DNA of 64,000 nt from Phoronis australis (taxonomy: Eukaryota > Animalia > Phoronida): the NCBI GenBank assembly GCA_002633005.1, contig NMRA01000091.1:701062-765061 (forward strand), read 5' to 3'. The position numbers and the translations under genes are program-made. Positions 26,149 through 38,381 of the stretch are shown here, piece after piece (position 1 is the first letter of the stretch; each line of letters opens with the position of its first letter). The notes beneath the pieces were generated by a model that was not told the origin of the DNA, ran no database searches, and saw only the letters and a program-made list of their open reading frames with translations.

Positions 26149-27992
26149 TACTGTTTGCTCCATAGGAATACATGTATCACATTTTACAAAGCTCCTTCGG
26201 CCACAGACGCAAAAAAACAAAATCGCCACTAGGGGGCGAGGCAGTAGTCGGGCCAGTATGATATTCTTTCTCATTGGGAGCACACCTGTAAATGATCCTT
26301 TGAGCGGTATGGCGGATAGAGAGGCGGATGCCAGAAGACGGACGTAAAAATAACAACTTGGTGTGTACACTCCGTCAAATCCCTCCGAATATGGAATGCC
26401 ATCATCGCCTTATCAAAAACCTGTTTGCCCAACTTCATGGAAATTCATCAAGGAACTCCGACGATACAGAGGAAAACTTTAAAAAAAAATTGCCACTAGG
26501 GGGCACAGCGGTATTCGGATTGGTCCGAATCTAATCGTCATCCGTCGTGAGAATCATAAGAACACATGTGTCAAATCTCATTACGATCCTGCAAGAGGTT
26601 TAAGAGATACAGCAGCGGACGCCGGACGACGGACGCCCAGAGATGACGGCAATATCGTGCACCCACATGTAAATATGTGGACGCATAAAAAGGGCCTTTT
26701 CAGTACTTTTGGGTAAGAGTGTTCCGAACGGCGTTTAAAAAACCGAATGACGAATTTCATTGAAACTTGACACAGTGGCATACGTAGGCAATGGACCTAC
26801 ACCTAATAGCTACTGCAGCAGCCCCTAATGACTATTTTGTACGGTTATCCTGTCTCCTCGATATCTCAAAAACGTATTCGTTTTTAGATAAACTTTGTCA
26901 CAAGAGCAGCATTAGTTCGGTACATGCCACTTTTCAATTTGCCTCACCCACGAAGATAGGTTGTCCAACTGTCTATTCAATATTTAAAACAAGAGCAACG
27001 CGGAGCCTTTATTTATTGCACTCGCCGTGCACATCATCCCATATACCGCAGACACAAGAGATGGTCATTATTTTAGGCATTCTCACAAAAGGGAGCAATG
27101 TTAGTAAATTTAAAATAGTCTTTGTAGGGTGCAAAGCAAGTCAGCAATGGAGTTCCTAACAGGAGCCACTCTCCATCATGATTCTTCAAACAGTTTGGAG
27201 AGTAGAAGGCGGACAACAAAGAACAAAAACAATTGAAAGGAAACTAAGGGGCGCAACGTGAGACAAATCCGTCAACATCGCCTCGCACGAGTTGGAATTC
27301 CAAAGTCGCGACAGTCCAACGCTCAGTCTTTCCAAATGCTCATTTCAGAAAGGATACTCCATCGGTGTAGTCCTACTTATTTCTTCGCTTGTTATTCTCA
27401 CATACGGTACGCTAAGGAGAGACCAAAAAGCTCTGGTCTTTTTTGATAATCGGGTCGGTAGTGCAATATTTTTAGTTGCTCACCATCAGAGACTAGCAAA
27501 AATACAGTGGAAATCGTATTTTTTAATCATGGATTAATAAATCATGCGTTTCAAACCTTGCTCACATGCCTTAGGGCCTGTGTTGAAAGTGACGCGGGAA
27601 GGCATTTTAGTCAGTTGCCGCAATCTCAAAATAATTTGGAGTAAAGACCAGAGCCAATGGGGCAACTTCATGATTTGCCCGGCCGGCAAAATAGTGGTGA
27701 CCCCTAAGATGTGAAAACAAGTTTTGCTCGTGCTAGAGCAAATCAAAAACATTTCCGAAATGAAAGTACACATACATATAAACTTTAGTTCCATCGCCCT
27801 CCCTCTTGTATTCAACACTTCTAAACATAGAATGAGTCACATACATCGGAGGGCATTACCAAGGTAATCATTTCGTAGATACGTTTTGCGATGTTTTACT
27901 TACCTCCGTGTCGTTCAACTATCTTGATCACTTCACTGATGCTTTAAAAGACAAATAACGGCAAAAAGTCATAAAACAAACTGTGTACTTAC

Positions 27993-28865
27993 AATTGGAT
28001 TGTATAATCCAGGTATTTCATCTTTGTTTTCGATGGTTGCCGCGTAGAGGGAATAAACAATATACGGCGTCCAACAACAAAAGAACAACGCAACGACGAT
28101 GAACAAGGTAACAATGATGCGCTTCTGTTGGCGCATAATCGTGGCTACTTCCTGGTTAGAATGTTCCATTAATCTGGACGAGTAACCGATGATTTCTCTT
28201 ACCATGCTGATGTAACAAAATGTCATGATAGCGAGTGGAATGATATAGCAAACGACTGTCACCATCCCACTTTGTATGTAAGCTGTCAGGGTCTTAGGAT
28301 ATTTGGGCCCACATTGTGTCGTATTGGGTTTGTATTCAACGGACGTCAATCCAGTCACGGTGGTAGTTGAGCTGATGGCCGCCCATACCCAGGCAGCAAC
28401 AATCATGAAAAGAACACGGCGATGAGTGAGAACACGAGAGAATGGACGAGTGATAGTGATGTACTTGTGAATACTGATGTACATTAAGGTGTGGATGGAC
28501 GTAACCAAGAACAGTGGCATGGTGAACCCATTGAACACACAGAAACTTTCACCAAATATCCAGTTTCCTGCGATCATTGTTGTTAGAGAGAAAGGCATGT
28601 CTAAAACCGCCACTAGGAGATCAGCCACGGCCAAGCTGGCCAGGAATAAATTGGTTCTTGTCCTCATCCCCCGGTGGCGAATGATAATGGACAGCACCAT
28701 CGCGTTGCCAACGAGAGCAACAATTAAGATCACAGCCAGACAACTTGACATTCCAATCCTAGTTGAGAGGTCCCAATACGGTTGCGCGACATTGGAATTA
28801 TTTTGTTCCGATTGGGGTTCATTATCCATCAGGTCCTCAGTAACATTGTCGGTTGGCAAATCCAT
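27993..28865 (-). CDS. Class A orphan GPCR, coding exon 1 (N-terminus to TM6/ECL3, 291 codons)
   Basis: First ATG is at 28865 (MDLPTDN; the ORF-track start at 28901 is TTG). Contains N-glycosylation sequons, GN (TM1), LAVADL (TM2), WIFG..FC, HKY in place of DRY, W in TM4, YIIPL..CY (TM5) and CWTP (TM6). Ends in a phase-0 donor ATT|GTAAGT at 27992. Confidence 0.93.
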
Positions 28866-29039
28866 AAGTCCTCTCCCTCCCTGTTGCTTCTTCAGCTCCA
28901 ATATATAAGTAACAACACGAATTGCACGCCCTTACATTAAATGTCTGCAGATGGATTCAGTCCACTTGCCAAACCGGAGGTGTATTTTCCAGCCTCAAAA
29001 GGTCTATTGGTCCCATTAATGCTTCGTTTTGTTAGTATC
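28866..29039 (-). other. 5' UTR part of GPCR coding exon 1
   Basis: Strong acceptor ctattttgttgtttttgtag| at 29041-29040 implies one or more upstream non-coding exons. Confidence 0.6.
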
Positions 29040-32000
29040 CTACAAAAACAACAAAATAGTGTAGGCCGGTTGTACAAAAGGAGTGACAACACAACTGTAA
29101 CACACTAGTTATGACCACGGCAACAAGCAAACAAAACCAAAATCACTTCAAGTGAATATTAAAACGAACAAATCAATATCATCCTCGGACCAATTGTTCT
29201 GAAAATAGTCTAATCCAAGCACCTGGAACTCCATATGGCTTTGTAACTTAAAATGCATGTTCGAAACGTTTACTGCGATAGTTTTAACTATTCATTTAAA
29301 AATGAATGACGTCACTTGTGAATCTTCGGCGATTAAAGCTGAGTTTTACAACTTTGACGCGTTCCACGTGGTCTTTACGACAACAGCTTGGATAAGACTA
29401 CAGAATAAGCAAATAACTTATCATTTCAGTGTCACATTAGTAGAGCGAAAATAAACTAATTTGAACACACGTAAAAGTGTTCGTAGGCTCCGAACAACAA
29501 CCCCACTCGTCATTAACCTGAATAGGTTCACATAACCTCTATGCAACACAAAAGTAGTCCTCTAGGAATGCGTTAGAATTAGTATAATAGAACATTGCGT
29601 GACAGTATGTCCACAGAACGCCCACCCCATTTGAAAATCGAATCGCACTTTTCATGCATCTAAGTGAATAGTTATTGCGAACACTTCACAAAATGGATAG
29701 GTTTTGTGAATAGTAAAATGTTTAAGCGCGCATGCATGTATCAGACCGGCAAATTGTTTTAATCTGGGAACATTCCTTGTCACGAATTATGAACTTGATA
29801 TCGTATTATTATCTCTTGGGTTGGGCTAACTCCAAAAATTAAAACTAGTAGCGTCAAGAGTCTCTTCATCAACAAAAAAACAACAACAATCAATTCGGCA
29901 CAGTTTTATCGCCACTCTTGTTCAGAAACTTAGCTATGCCCCAGGTTTAATGAAACAAAATATGGACAAAATCAATACAAATACACGTCCGTCTGCACTG
30001 ATGCATCATAAATCGCCAATGACCAAAGATAACGTAAATCATTAAGTATACTTATATTTTGTTTTTGTTGACCAGTTCTTCTGATTGAGAGCACAGTCGC
30101 ATGTAGCTCAACTTAGAGGCCTCGTCAAATTCCTGAGCTTTTTCTTCCACAATTCAAATCCTCGTGAAGGCAGTTGGCGTTGTTTTCAATGAGAAAATAA
30201 TGAGATTTTCAAAACTAGAAAGTTAAAAAACTGCCTGCCAGCGGTTGTGATATTTTTGATTGGCGTCGTACATAAACACTGAATGATTTGATTTTCGTCA
30301 AAGAGATGCTATACGTCTGAGGTCGGTGCTGAATCAAATAACCGCGAGAATTTGCAATGCAAGGCAACATAATAATATCCAACACCAGGTGTTCTTTCGC
30401 AAGAAATGCTTCCAAAAGTTGAATTCATGCTAAGATTTTGAATCCAGCGTAAGTTTAACATCCAAGCGATCTACCGATTAATTATCAAAAAAATTTTGAC
30501 ATGTCATGTTCCCTCCATTGCCTGATGTTCTCGTGCAGTCACGCTTAAGTGTTAAAGAAGTAATTTGGTTGCGATAAAACTTCTTGCTCTTCAACACATC
30601 GTTCAGTCGAAAACAACTCTAAAAACGCCACACACCTGTACGCATAGCCTATAGGGCCATGATAATATTCATGACGAAGATAACTGGACTGTTTCTCTTG
30701 CTACATGTACATAACTTCCATGCATTGCATGAATATTTTCATAATACGCGATTATTCCAGACACGGCCGTGACACGTTTCGTTCTACTGCTGCCATAAAA
30801 TATCATTCCAGGTGGAATTTTCTGGGATTATCCCTTTCCCACCTGATGCCAAATCAACACTTCAGAATCACTGGATGGGTATCACCAACTAAATCGCACA
30901 CAAACTGACGCAATCTCGGCTCACTTGAGACCTTCCGGTTTTCAAAAAAGAACACAGCAACTTGCATCACTGATGGCTTTGCGCACTTCTTTTCGCCAGA
31001 CATTCATTGGATATTCCACTGGGAAAGTTGTCAACGAGACTGGTTGTAAATTTAGGTACTGTACTTTAAAAGAGTCTATCTTCACAATTACTCATCATGA
31101 GCTATTTAGTGCAAACACTGATTGTGAGCTAACAGGAAATGATTTGGAGGAGAGTGACATTAACGAGTGCAACTACTGAGGTTTTGTGAGCGCAATGGCA
31201 ATGACTCGAATTGGGTGAAGGCATTTGGTAGTTCTTGAGATTGAAGCAACGGCAAGCCACAAAGGCATTTCACACAAGAAGATCCACTTTACTGATGAAT
31301 TACTCAAAATCAACTAATCGGAATGTTTAAATATTACTTCATTCTGTTTACCAATGAGATTGCCCTGTTACATGATCAATCCACAGTCCTACCTCTTGTG
31401 ACGCTAGAAAAGAGTGCGCGTGACGTTCATTTACATTATCAGTTATATAGCATTATCAATGTCAAATCTAACCCAACCTCTCATTGGCTCATTACAAATA
31501 CTGTGCACATTTTGATCGGTTATCTTCGTTCAAAACCGAGAACAGCATGTTGTCAAGTGTGCGACTTTCCGCAGCGTCATTGTTACCACATGAGGGCGCT
31601 GCAAAATTCATACGGTCTGCTGTACAGTTGGCGCTGCGACAGGGGGTAGTTTCATTAAGGAATGATTTGAGACCAATTTCAGAATAGTACGAGGTCGAAA
31701 TGAAAAGTTAGTCGTCTTGCCTTCACACATCGCTAGAGCAATTACCATAACAACGCATGGGCCGGGCTCCCTCTCAGGTCATTGTCTGCGCGTTCGCGCG
31801 AAAGTGACGGAAGTGAACTACTTTACGCACATGTTCTGTTACTCCCTCCATTTTCGCAACCACCAGGTGGCAAGATCATCTCGTCCACGAATCGCTCATC
31901 TTAACTGTCGAACAGCGTGTGAAAATTTAAAATTCGAGAGTCCATTAAAAATAGTTCCACGAAGAGAAAACGTACTATTATAGGGAAGCGCAGCTATCAG

Positions 32001-35000
32001 CGTAAATGATCACGTGTCATGGCTTTGGGTTCCCGATATTAAAATATAATCCCATGTTTATTTCGTCTACAAATAGCGCATGTGGTTAACAAGTGAAAGT
32101 AATCTGGCCGGATATTGCACGATAGTGTTGGCTTGAGGTAATAGGCCTACACGCTTGTGTTCGACCACTAAGTGAGGCTCAGGCGCATCCGCTAGGGAGG
32201 AACGATAGTGTCGCTGCATGACTACATTGAGCTAGTCCACGGACAACACTTCCTTCCTACACTAACAGTACATCTTATCCAGTGCTTTTGATCGACGTCA
32301 ACAACTTTGACAAACGCCAGAGAGAAATATGGCTGCCTGCCTTAGTGTGATAACGACAAAAGACTTTGAAGTGCCTCTTCCTTTGCATAAATCGATTGCA
32401 AGTCTTAACCACGTCACAGAGTGTCCCGTGAGAGAAAGTGTAAACAAAACGAAAACTTTTAAAAGATATTAAAACACATTGACCTAATGATGAATGAACC
32501 AGGTGTTTCCAGTTCCATTACGAAAATTACCAAGTGTATTAATAGTTATTATCATTACAGTGTTTAAACAATATTCACGAGTAGCACCTTTCTTCAAAAC
32601 AATGTAATTACTGAGTAACAGCAACTCAAATGTGCCCAAGATTTTGGTATTAACTGCTTCAGTCACCTTTCCACAAATTCCCATTAAAGACAATGGCGCA
32701 CGACGCTCAGATTTCGAACACCAAGCTCAAAACGTCAAAAGAAAAGTGACTTATTAGACATAAAAACGTGACGCGCGTGTGTTTAGGGTATGATTTCACT
32801 TTTTAGTTTGCCCAAAAGATGGGCTTCCAAACCAATTTTAGGGTGTATAAACGTAACTTAAGAAACTCCGTCGGCGGGCTGGAAATCTGAGTAAATACTG
32901 GGATATATAACATCTCTTTAAAATTCATTACACGGAACTTGGCCTGGAAAATTTCAGATGCAGTTTCGTCTACTTGGGATAGTGAGAATGAGGAATAAGT
33001 TTCGGGAAAGTTCTCTTCATTATGCAAAATCATTATTTGAAGGTATACTATTATTTGAAAGAGTGCGGTTCCGGGGTGCCTGATACACTGCCTTGGGCGC
33101 TTTTTCAAAATCCCTAATTGAAATACACGAGTACCAGAGTTTCTAGTGTCTATCCCCTCTCTAGGAGCAAATGATAAAACTGAGAGATTTTCACCAACCT
33201 AAGTCAAAATTCAACGAAATACCAATTTCGTCGACGGTCATTTCATATTGGCCAAATTATTTAGTGCAATCTACTATTTGGGATCGGACAATAATTTTTT
33301 CCGAATTTCAACATACACTATTTCACTGAAGCATTATCATTTTTACAAGTTAGCTCTTACAAGATGGGCCAAAAACTGTCTATGAAGTAGTCAATTTTGG
33401 TCGACGTAAAGACGAGTAAAACAGAAACCAATGAATCTTCGCAGGTTACCAGACTGAAGAAAAATAACTTTGATTTGATATGCTAGTCTGTCACATCACA
33501 ACACAATGTAAACAACAGACGGAGGCACTGGGCACCTCTTCAGTTGACTGCAGGTTGTTACTTAGCTGCAACACTTTTTCAAATCCATGAGTGGATTTTA
33601 GGCGATTCCCGAAGGCATGCGTGCATGTAATTGAGAGGCAACCGAATGAACAAGGGTTATGGGGCATCCTATGGGAGGTTTGATCCCACAAAAGTTTCAA
33701 AATTTATTCGTGTGAATTCTGGTTCATTCCATTTGTAGCTAGTTACAATTTACTAATTAAACTTTCACTCTGACATCGCAGAAAACTTCGTTTCCGATTG
33801 GCAGAATATGTGCTTTGAGCACCTTAATGCATAAAACATGTACAAGTTCATCAAAAACCCCCGACAATGATCGACACGCGTGAGCATCCTTCACGCAACT
33901 ACCTCTTCATTCAGTGTCTTTCGAATAACGATTTGGAAACGAACTACTGTTCATGGAATTGATTGAAAAAAGTATCGATATTTCTATTGTTTTAGAAGCA
34001 CTGGGAATATAGTATTTATGTAATTCACATATAGTTGTCTTCAAGTTCTTCAGACTTTAATCTCCAGACGGCGGTCAATGCTATTGCTTGTGTGTTCTTT
34101 TAATACTACAGTCTAATTTTTGCTTTTTATTTAGCAGCGTGCGTTGATGCTTCTGATCTTCACAAGAGCAAGTTCAGTGGTATTCTCGACCTTTTTGAAA
34201 TTTAATCTACAATCTTCACTTCGTGAATAATTGACAGTGCCTGATTTTAGGGGGGCCAAAGGGGCAATTGTCACGGTCAGCCCCTCCAACAGAGAACCCA
34301 GTCTGAAAGCTAACCCCGACTGAAAGGGGACCCCGTCTGAAGGGGGGCTCCTTAATATGAAATTATTTTGAATGGAGGCGCATGTGTCTTATACGCGCAA
34401 AAATTGTAACCATGCATAAATGTGGTAACTAATTGAACAATAAGTTCGGTTTGCAGTTGGTGATAAATTGTCTCTGCCTTATTGACATCACAAAACAAAC
34501 ACAGCTCCGCAATGTTGTACTAAAGCTGCTAATAAATATCCAATTTCTGTCGTGTGCTGGATAATTCCTCAGTGATAAATGAGGTTGAAATTCGTCCGTT
34601 TAATTCTTGGAATTCTTCTGCTCGTAAACACGACTCGGCGATCTCTTGATGGTTGTTGCACTTTGGATGATTTTCTCACGTGCTTTGTCAGCAGTTGTTG
34701 AGTTCTTGTAGGTTCTATTTGCTTATAGTGAAGATGTACCATTATTGCTCAGTGGAGACAGGACATTGTGTAGGTTGTGTTTTTGTGCCAGACAGTGATG
34801 GCCATTTTTTATATTTTTCTTTGTGTCAAATGCTCAGCTTTTGTAATTGCCAGTCACGTCAAAACATGACGATCCCATTGGGTTGGTCAACACACTGACT
34901 GGTTCTTTTAAGAACATCTACAGCATCACTGTCGCGTTAGCGTGCTAGAAATGACTCGTCACGTGTCAGCAAAGACACGTCACAAGGTGACGCTAGTGGC

Positions 35001-37142
35001 GTTCAATAAACAGGTGGCGATGCGAGTAAAACGATGTGATTCTGCAGATCTTTATCAAGACCGTCACTCTTAATCTTTCTCTGGATCTCTTTTGCATTTT
35101 AGACAAAAAAGGAAACTTTTGAAGACCATGGTCAAGCATTTAAAAATAAGTCATAAAGTCAGAAACTGTGATTCAGTTTGTGGTATTTTTAATAAATATT
35201 TTATAGTTTATTCATAGTTTTCAAGTTATTCCTCGCAATGCAATGCCTTTCGCTGAAACCGGTAAACACTGCTAAGGGCAAAGAACACAGTTTCAGTGAC
35301 TGATTTTGACGTTATCATTAGCCTGGGATAATAGAAATCCTAGTGTGAACCGTCTATCAAGACACATGAATAGGCATAACTTACAGAAATCACACTATAT
35401 GGTGAAGAAATTTAACAAAGCCTTATCTTTTTGCCTTGTTATGTTCACCGAAAAATTGCCATTTCGACCTTATTGTACTAAAGTCCGAAGACTGCCACGG
35501 TGCAAGAGAGGAGAAAATAATTCATTCAAGTGCTCGTGCACTCTAGATTCCAGAAATTGAAATTAATATAGACCATTGCCAACCTGATTTTCGCCACTTG
35601 TCTGAGGGGGACCTGTATTGGTGCTAAATATTCCCCACTGAACAACGATGTGCTTAGAAAATGTCAGAATTTCTATACCCAGGAAGAGAAGAGAAGAGGC
35701 CAAAATTCAGGACTCCATTTGCTTCAAGGAACTACTGAATACTATTCATGGCAATCACTTTCCATTTACTCATAAAATATAAGTCAAAACGGGCCCACTC
35801 AATTTCTTCATTTTGTGGGAGCGACAAAGGACCGAACCGAGGCCTTAGACCTTATTGGCCTACCAGAAAAGTCGTCGATCCAGATGGGGGTGCAACTTCC
35901 AGAGGAGTGACAGGAGTGTGACACTCTCATTCCCCAGATTTAGTAAGGAAAAGAAAGAAAATTTTCCAAAGACAGAAAACATTAAGCAGACTGAGACGGA
36001 GGTTCATTCAGTATAACCATTCCAAGTCTTCATAATTTAACAATGGTAACGTTATTTGCCTTATTCGTGAACATGAATAATACCAGTTTATGGCCACAGA
36101 CTCAATAGCATGCAATCAAGTTAGTAGTCAATGTTTCCCTTTTAATATAAAAGCACCATGAAGAAAAAGACACCCCAATGAATTTCGCTACAATTATCCG
36201 ATTGTGTGGTCTTTCTTCTTCACATTGCGATATTCACGAAGTGTTGTAGGTAAGACTGAAAGAGATAGTTTAACAGTCCTACTGAAGAAGATGGGCCACG
36301 CACAAGTGCACGGCCAATAACGTGTAATCGTGTCAGTTTAATGCCTACAATGCTCACGAGCTTTCCCCCTTGATTAGCCTCAGAAATATCATGTATATAC
36401 TGGTTGTCTGAGATAGGACATGTAGATTATCGCGGAGTTTCTGCAGTTTATCATGAACAAACTTTTTAAGGCAATGGCTGCCAGGGCTAACGTACACACG
36501 AGAAAATTAACGTCACGCAACACTATGCAAAAACATGCAATATTACTGGAGTGTCTCTCGCTAGTCAACTCAGGACGTCACTCGCTACTGAAGTTAAAAA
36601 GGTTGCGTTTTTTAGGCTGGAATGTTGAATTACGTAAGTAAAATTTATATCCATTCCACAAAACTTCTCGGCACAATGGTCCAGGGTGTACCGAACGCGT
36701 CATGTGATAACTTATTTTTGGTCGAAGACATATAGTGTATATGGTTACGGCAGTTGTAAAAAAGAGGAGCATTTCGACGTCCTCTACGGGATATGAGCTC
36801 TCCGAAACACTCCGGACATACTAAGAACTAACCAAATGTTTAAACAAGTAATAAAATCCTTGACGCAATTTTCAACAAAAAATTGAGTTATTTACAGGTT
36901 TTCATACCGAACAATTATTATCTTCGAGGGAGTTACCTGCATACTAAGAGTTGACATTATCGTAACAACTGGCGTCCTATGTCACTGTCGCTTGGTTGAT
37001 TAAGTTGACTTCAGCAGTATTTCGGGGAAGCGAACGTTTTGTGAAACCAGATCCATGAAGACCAGACGGGGAAAGTACAGTCAAACATAGAACATACCCA
37101 CTGATGTTTCTATGTCTTCAGCCGCCGGTCAGTTCTTGTTAT

Positions 37143-37307
37143 AGACAGTGACCACCGTCTCTAGCTGGCCCGAGTCCGAGACGGTGAAGCTCCTATTGAA
37201 TCCATTTTTACACTGCGTGAACTCCTAGTGTGAGGCATAATCCGCCGAAAAGCTTCCAGCGCATGAAGCCCTACAGGGGCCAGCTAGAAACTGTGGTGTC
37301 AATGTCT
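37143..37307. mobile_element. MITE with AT TSD
   Basis: AT|AGACAGTGACCACCGTCTCTAGCTGGCCC ... GGGCCAGCTAGAAACTGTGGTGTCAATGTCT|AT. Confidence 0.75.
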
Positions 37308-37320
37308 ATTCAATCAAGCT

Positions 37321-37440
37321 ACATAGACCGTCATTTTACGCACTCATCCGAGGCACAGATACGCAAGCCCTATGTTTAGCAAGCCAACCTGCTCGTCTTG
37401 ACAAGGCTGGGAATCGAACCCGAGTCGCGAGAGTAGCAGG
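37321..37440 (-). mobile_element. tRNA-SINE fragment with Deu/Nin-domain-like core
   Basis: Minus strand B box GGTTCGATTCCC followed by cctcggatgagtgcgtaaaatgacggtc. Confidence 0.5.
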
Positions 37441-37653
37441 TACATACATAGGCCTACAAACTGATTTAACTGATTGCGATCGAATCTGTCCAGCTTGATG
37501 TCACCAAACTAATGAATGGCTCTCAAAAGAAAGTATGATATCGTCATGCGTGTCCAGTGAAGAATACCCACATGTATTTGTTGACGTGTTCGGATTGTTT
37601 TGACATATAATTTATTAGAAGTCGACATGCGCTGGCGAGTGGCTTCGAATAGG

Positions 37654-37762
37654 CCCGTCCCGGATTACTCGGCGAAAGAACTCTCCTTTGTCCCGAGATA
37701 AGAATGCGCGTGGCCTGGTTTGGAAATCAGACACATTTTCGTGTCTCTCATTGATGTTGGGA
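37654..37762. repeat. Dispersed repeat, inverted relative of 1-110
   Basis: By-eye alignment to the reverse complement of the window start. Confidence 0.75.
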
Positions 37763-38381
37763 AGGCAAGAATTTCAGATCATTCATCCACGGGCACTTGA
37801 CGAGTTTGTCAAACTGTCTCACGTCGGAGTTGCAGTCCACGACACAGCAGTAATGCTTGGTTGGCATTGAAAGGACGAATAGAGTAATGCAACCGACAAA
37901 AACTTGCAAAGAGTCAGACAACAATAAATAACATTTGAAACTCCAGAGTCACGAGAACGAGGTGGCAAATATGCCTGATTGGTTTTACGGCATTGTGTGT
38001 AAATACAGCGAGATTCGAGTGTCGGTGTGTAATACGGGATGGTCCTATTAACTGACAAGTTCTTTCCTCACCAGCTGCTCGTGTGTCTGACAGGCAACGA
38101 CAAATATTGACGATTTGCAATACAATCATATAAACACAAAAAATAAACACCACGGATTTTATTGTTTTATAGCTCTGGTGAAAGATAATAACTTCAAGAA
38201 GCCACTTCTGGCACCGGGCGCAAGCTGGCAAGTAGCGTAGCTAGTCCGGCGACATGAGGAGTAAAAAAGGCCAAAGACCAACCTTCGGTGCGAGTACCGC
38301 CGAGACAACTCAGGTTCTACGACCATCACTCAATCCCCGGCTCGGGCCCAGGCCCAGAACAAGTCTCAAAACCTGAACAAT

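Larger units (their letters stand above)
24560..26720. repeat. Tandem-repeat-bearing element with recurring GCCACTAGGGGGC units and a GACG-type microsatellite
   Basis: Six diverged units with aaatt(c)gccactagggggc; acggacgcc-like repeats near 26335 and 26617-26637; interrupted by a SINE and a MITE. Boundaries are approximate. Confidence 0.7.

Noticed and set aside
28477-28908. 143-aa + strand ORF
   Set aside because: Antisense shadow of the GPCR exon.
31020-31320. Possible LINE ORF2 C-terminal relic
   Set aside because: Only vague motif resemblance; too decayed to support.
34540-34900. Possible LINE ORF1 relic on the - strand (FITEELSSTRQKL)
   Set aside because: Single short motif; cannot be confirmed without a profile search.
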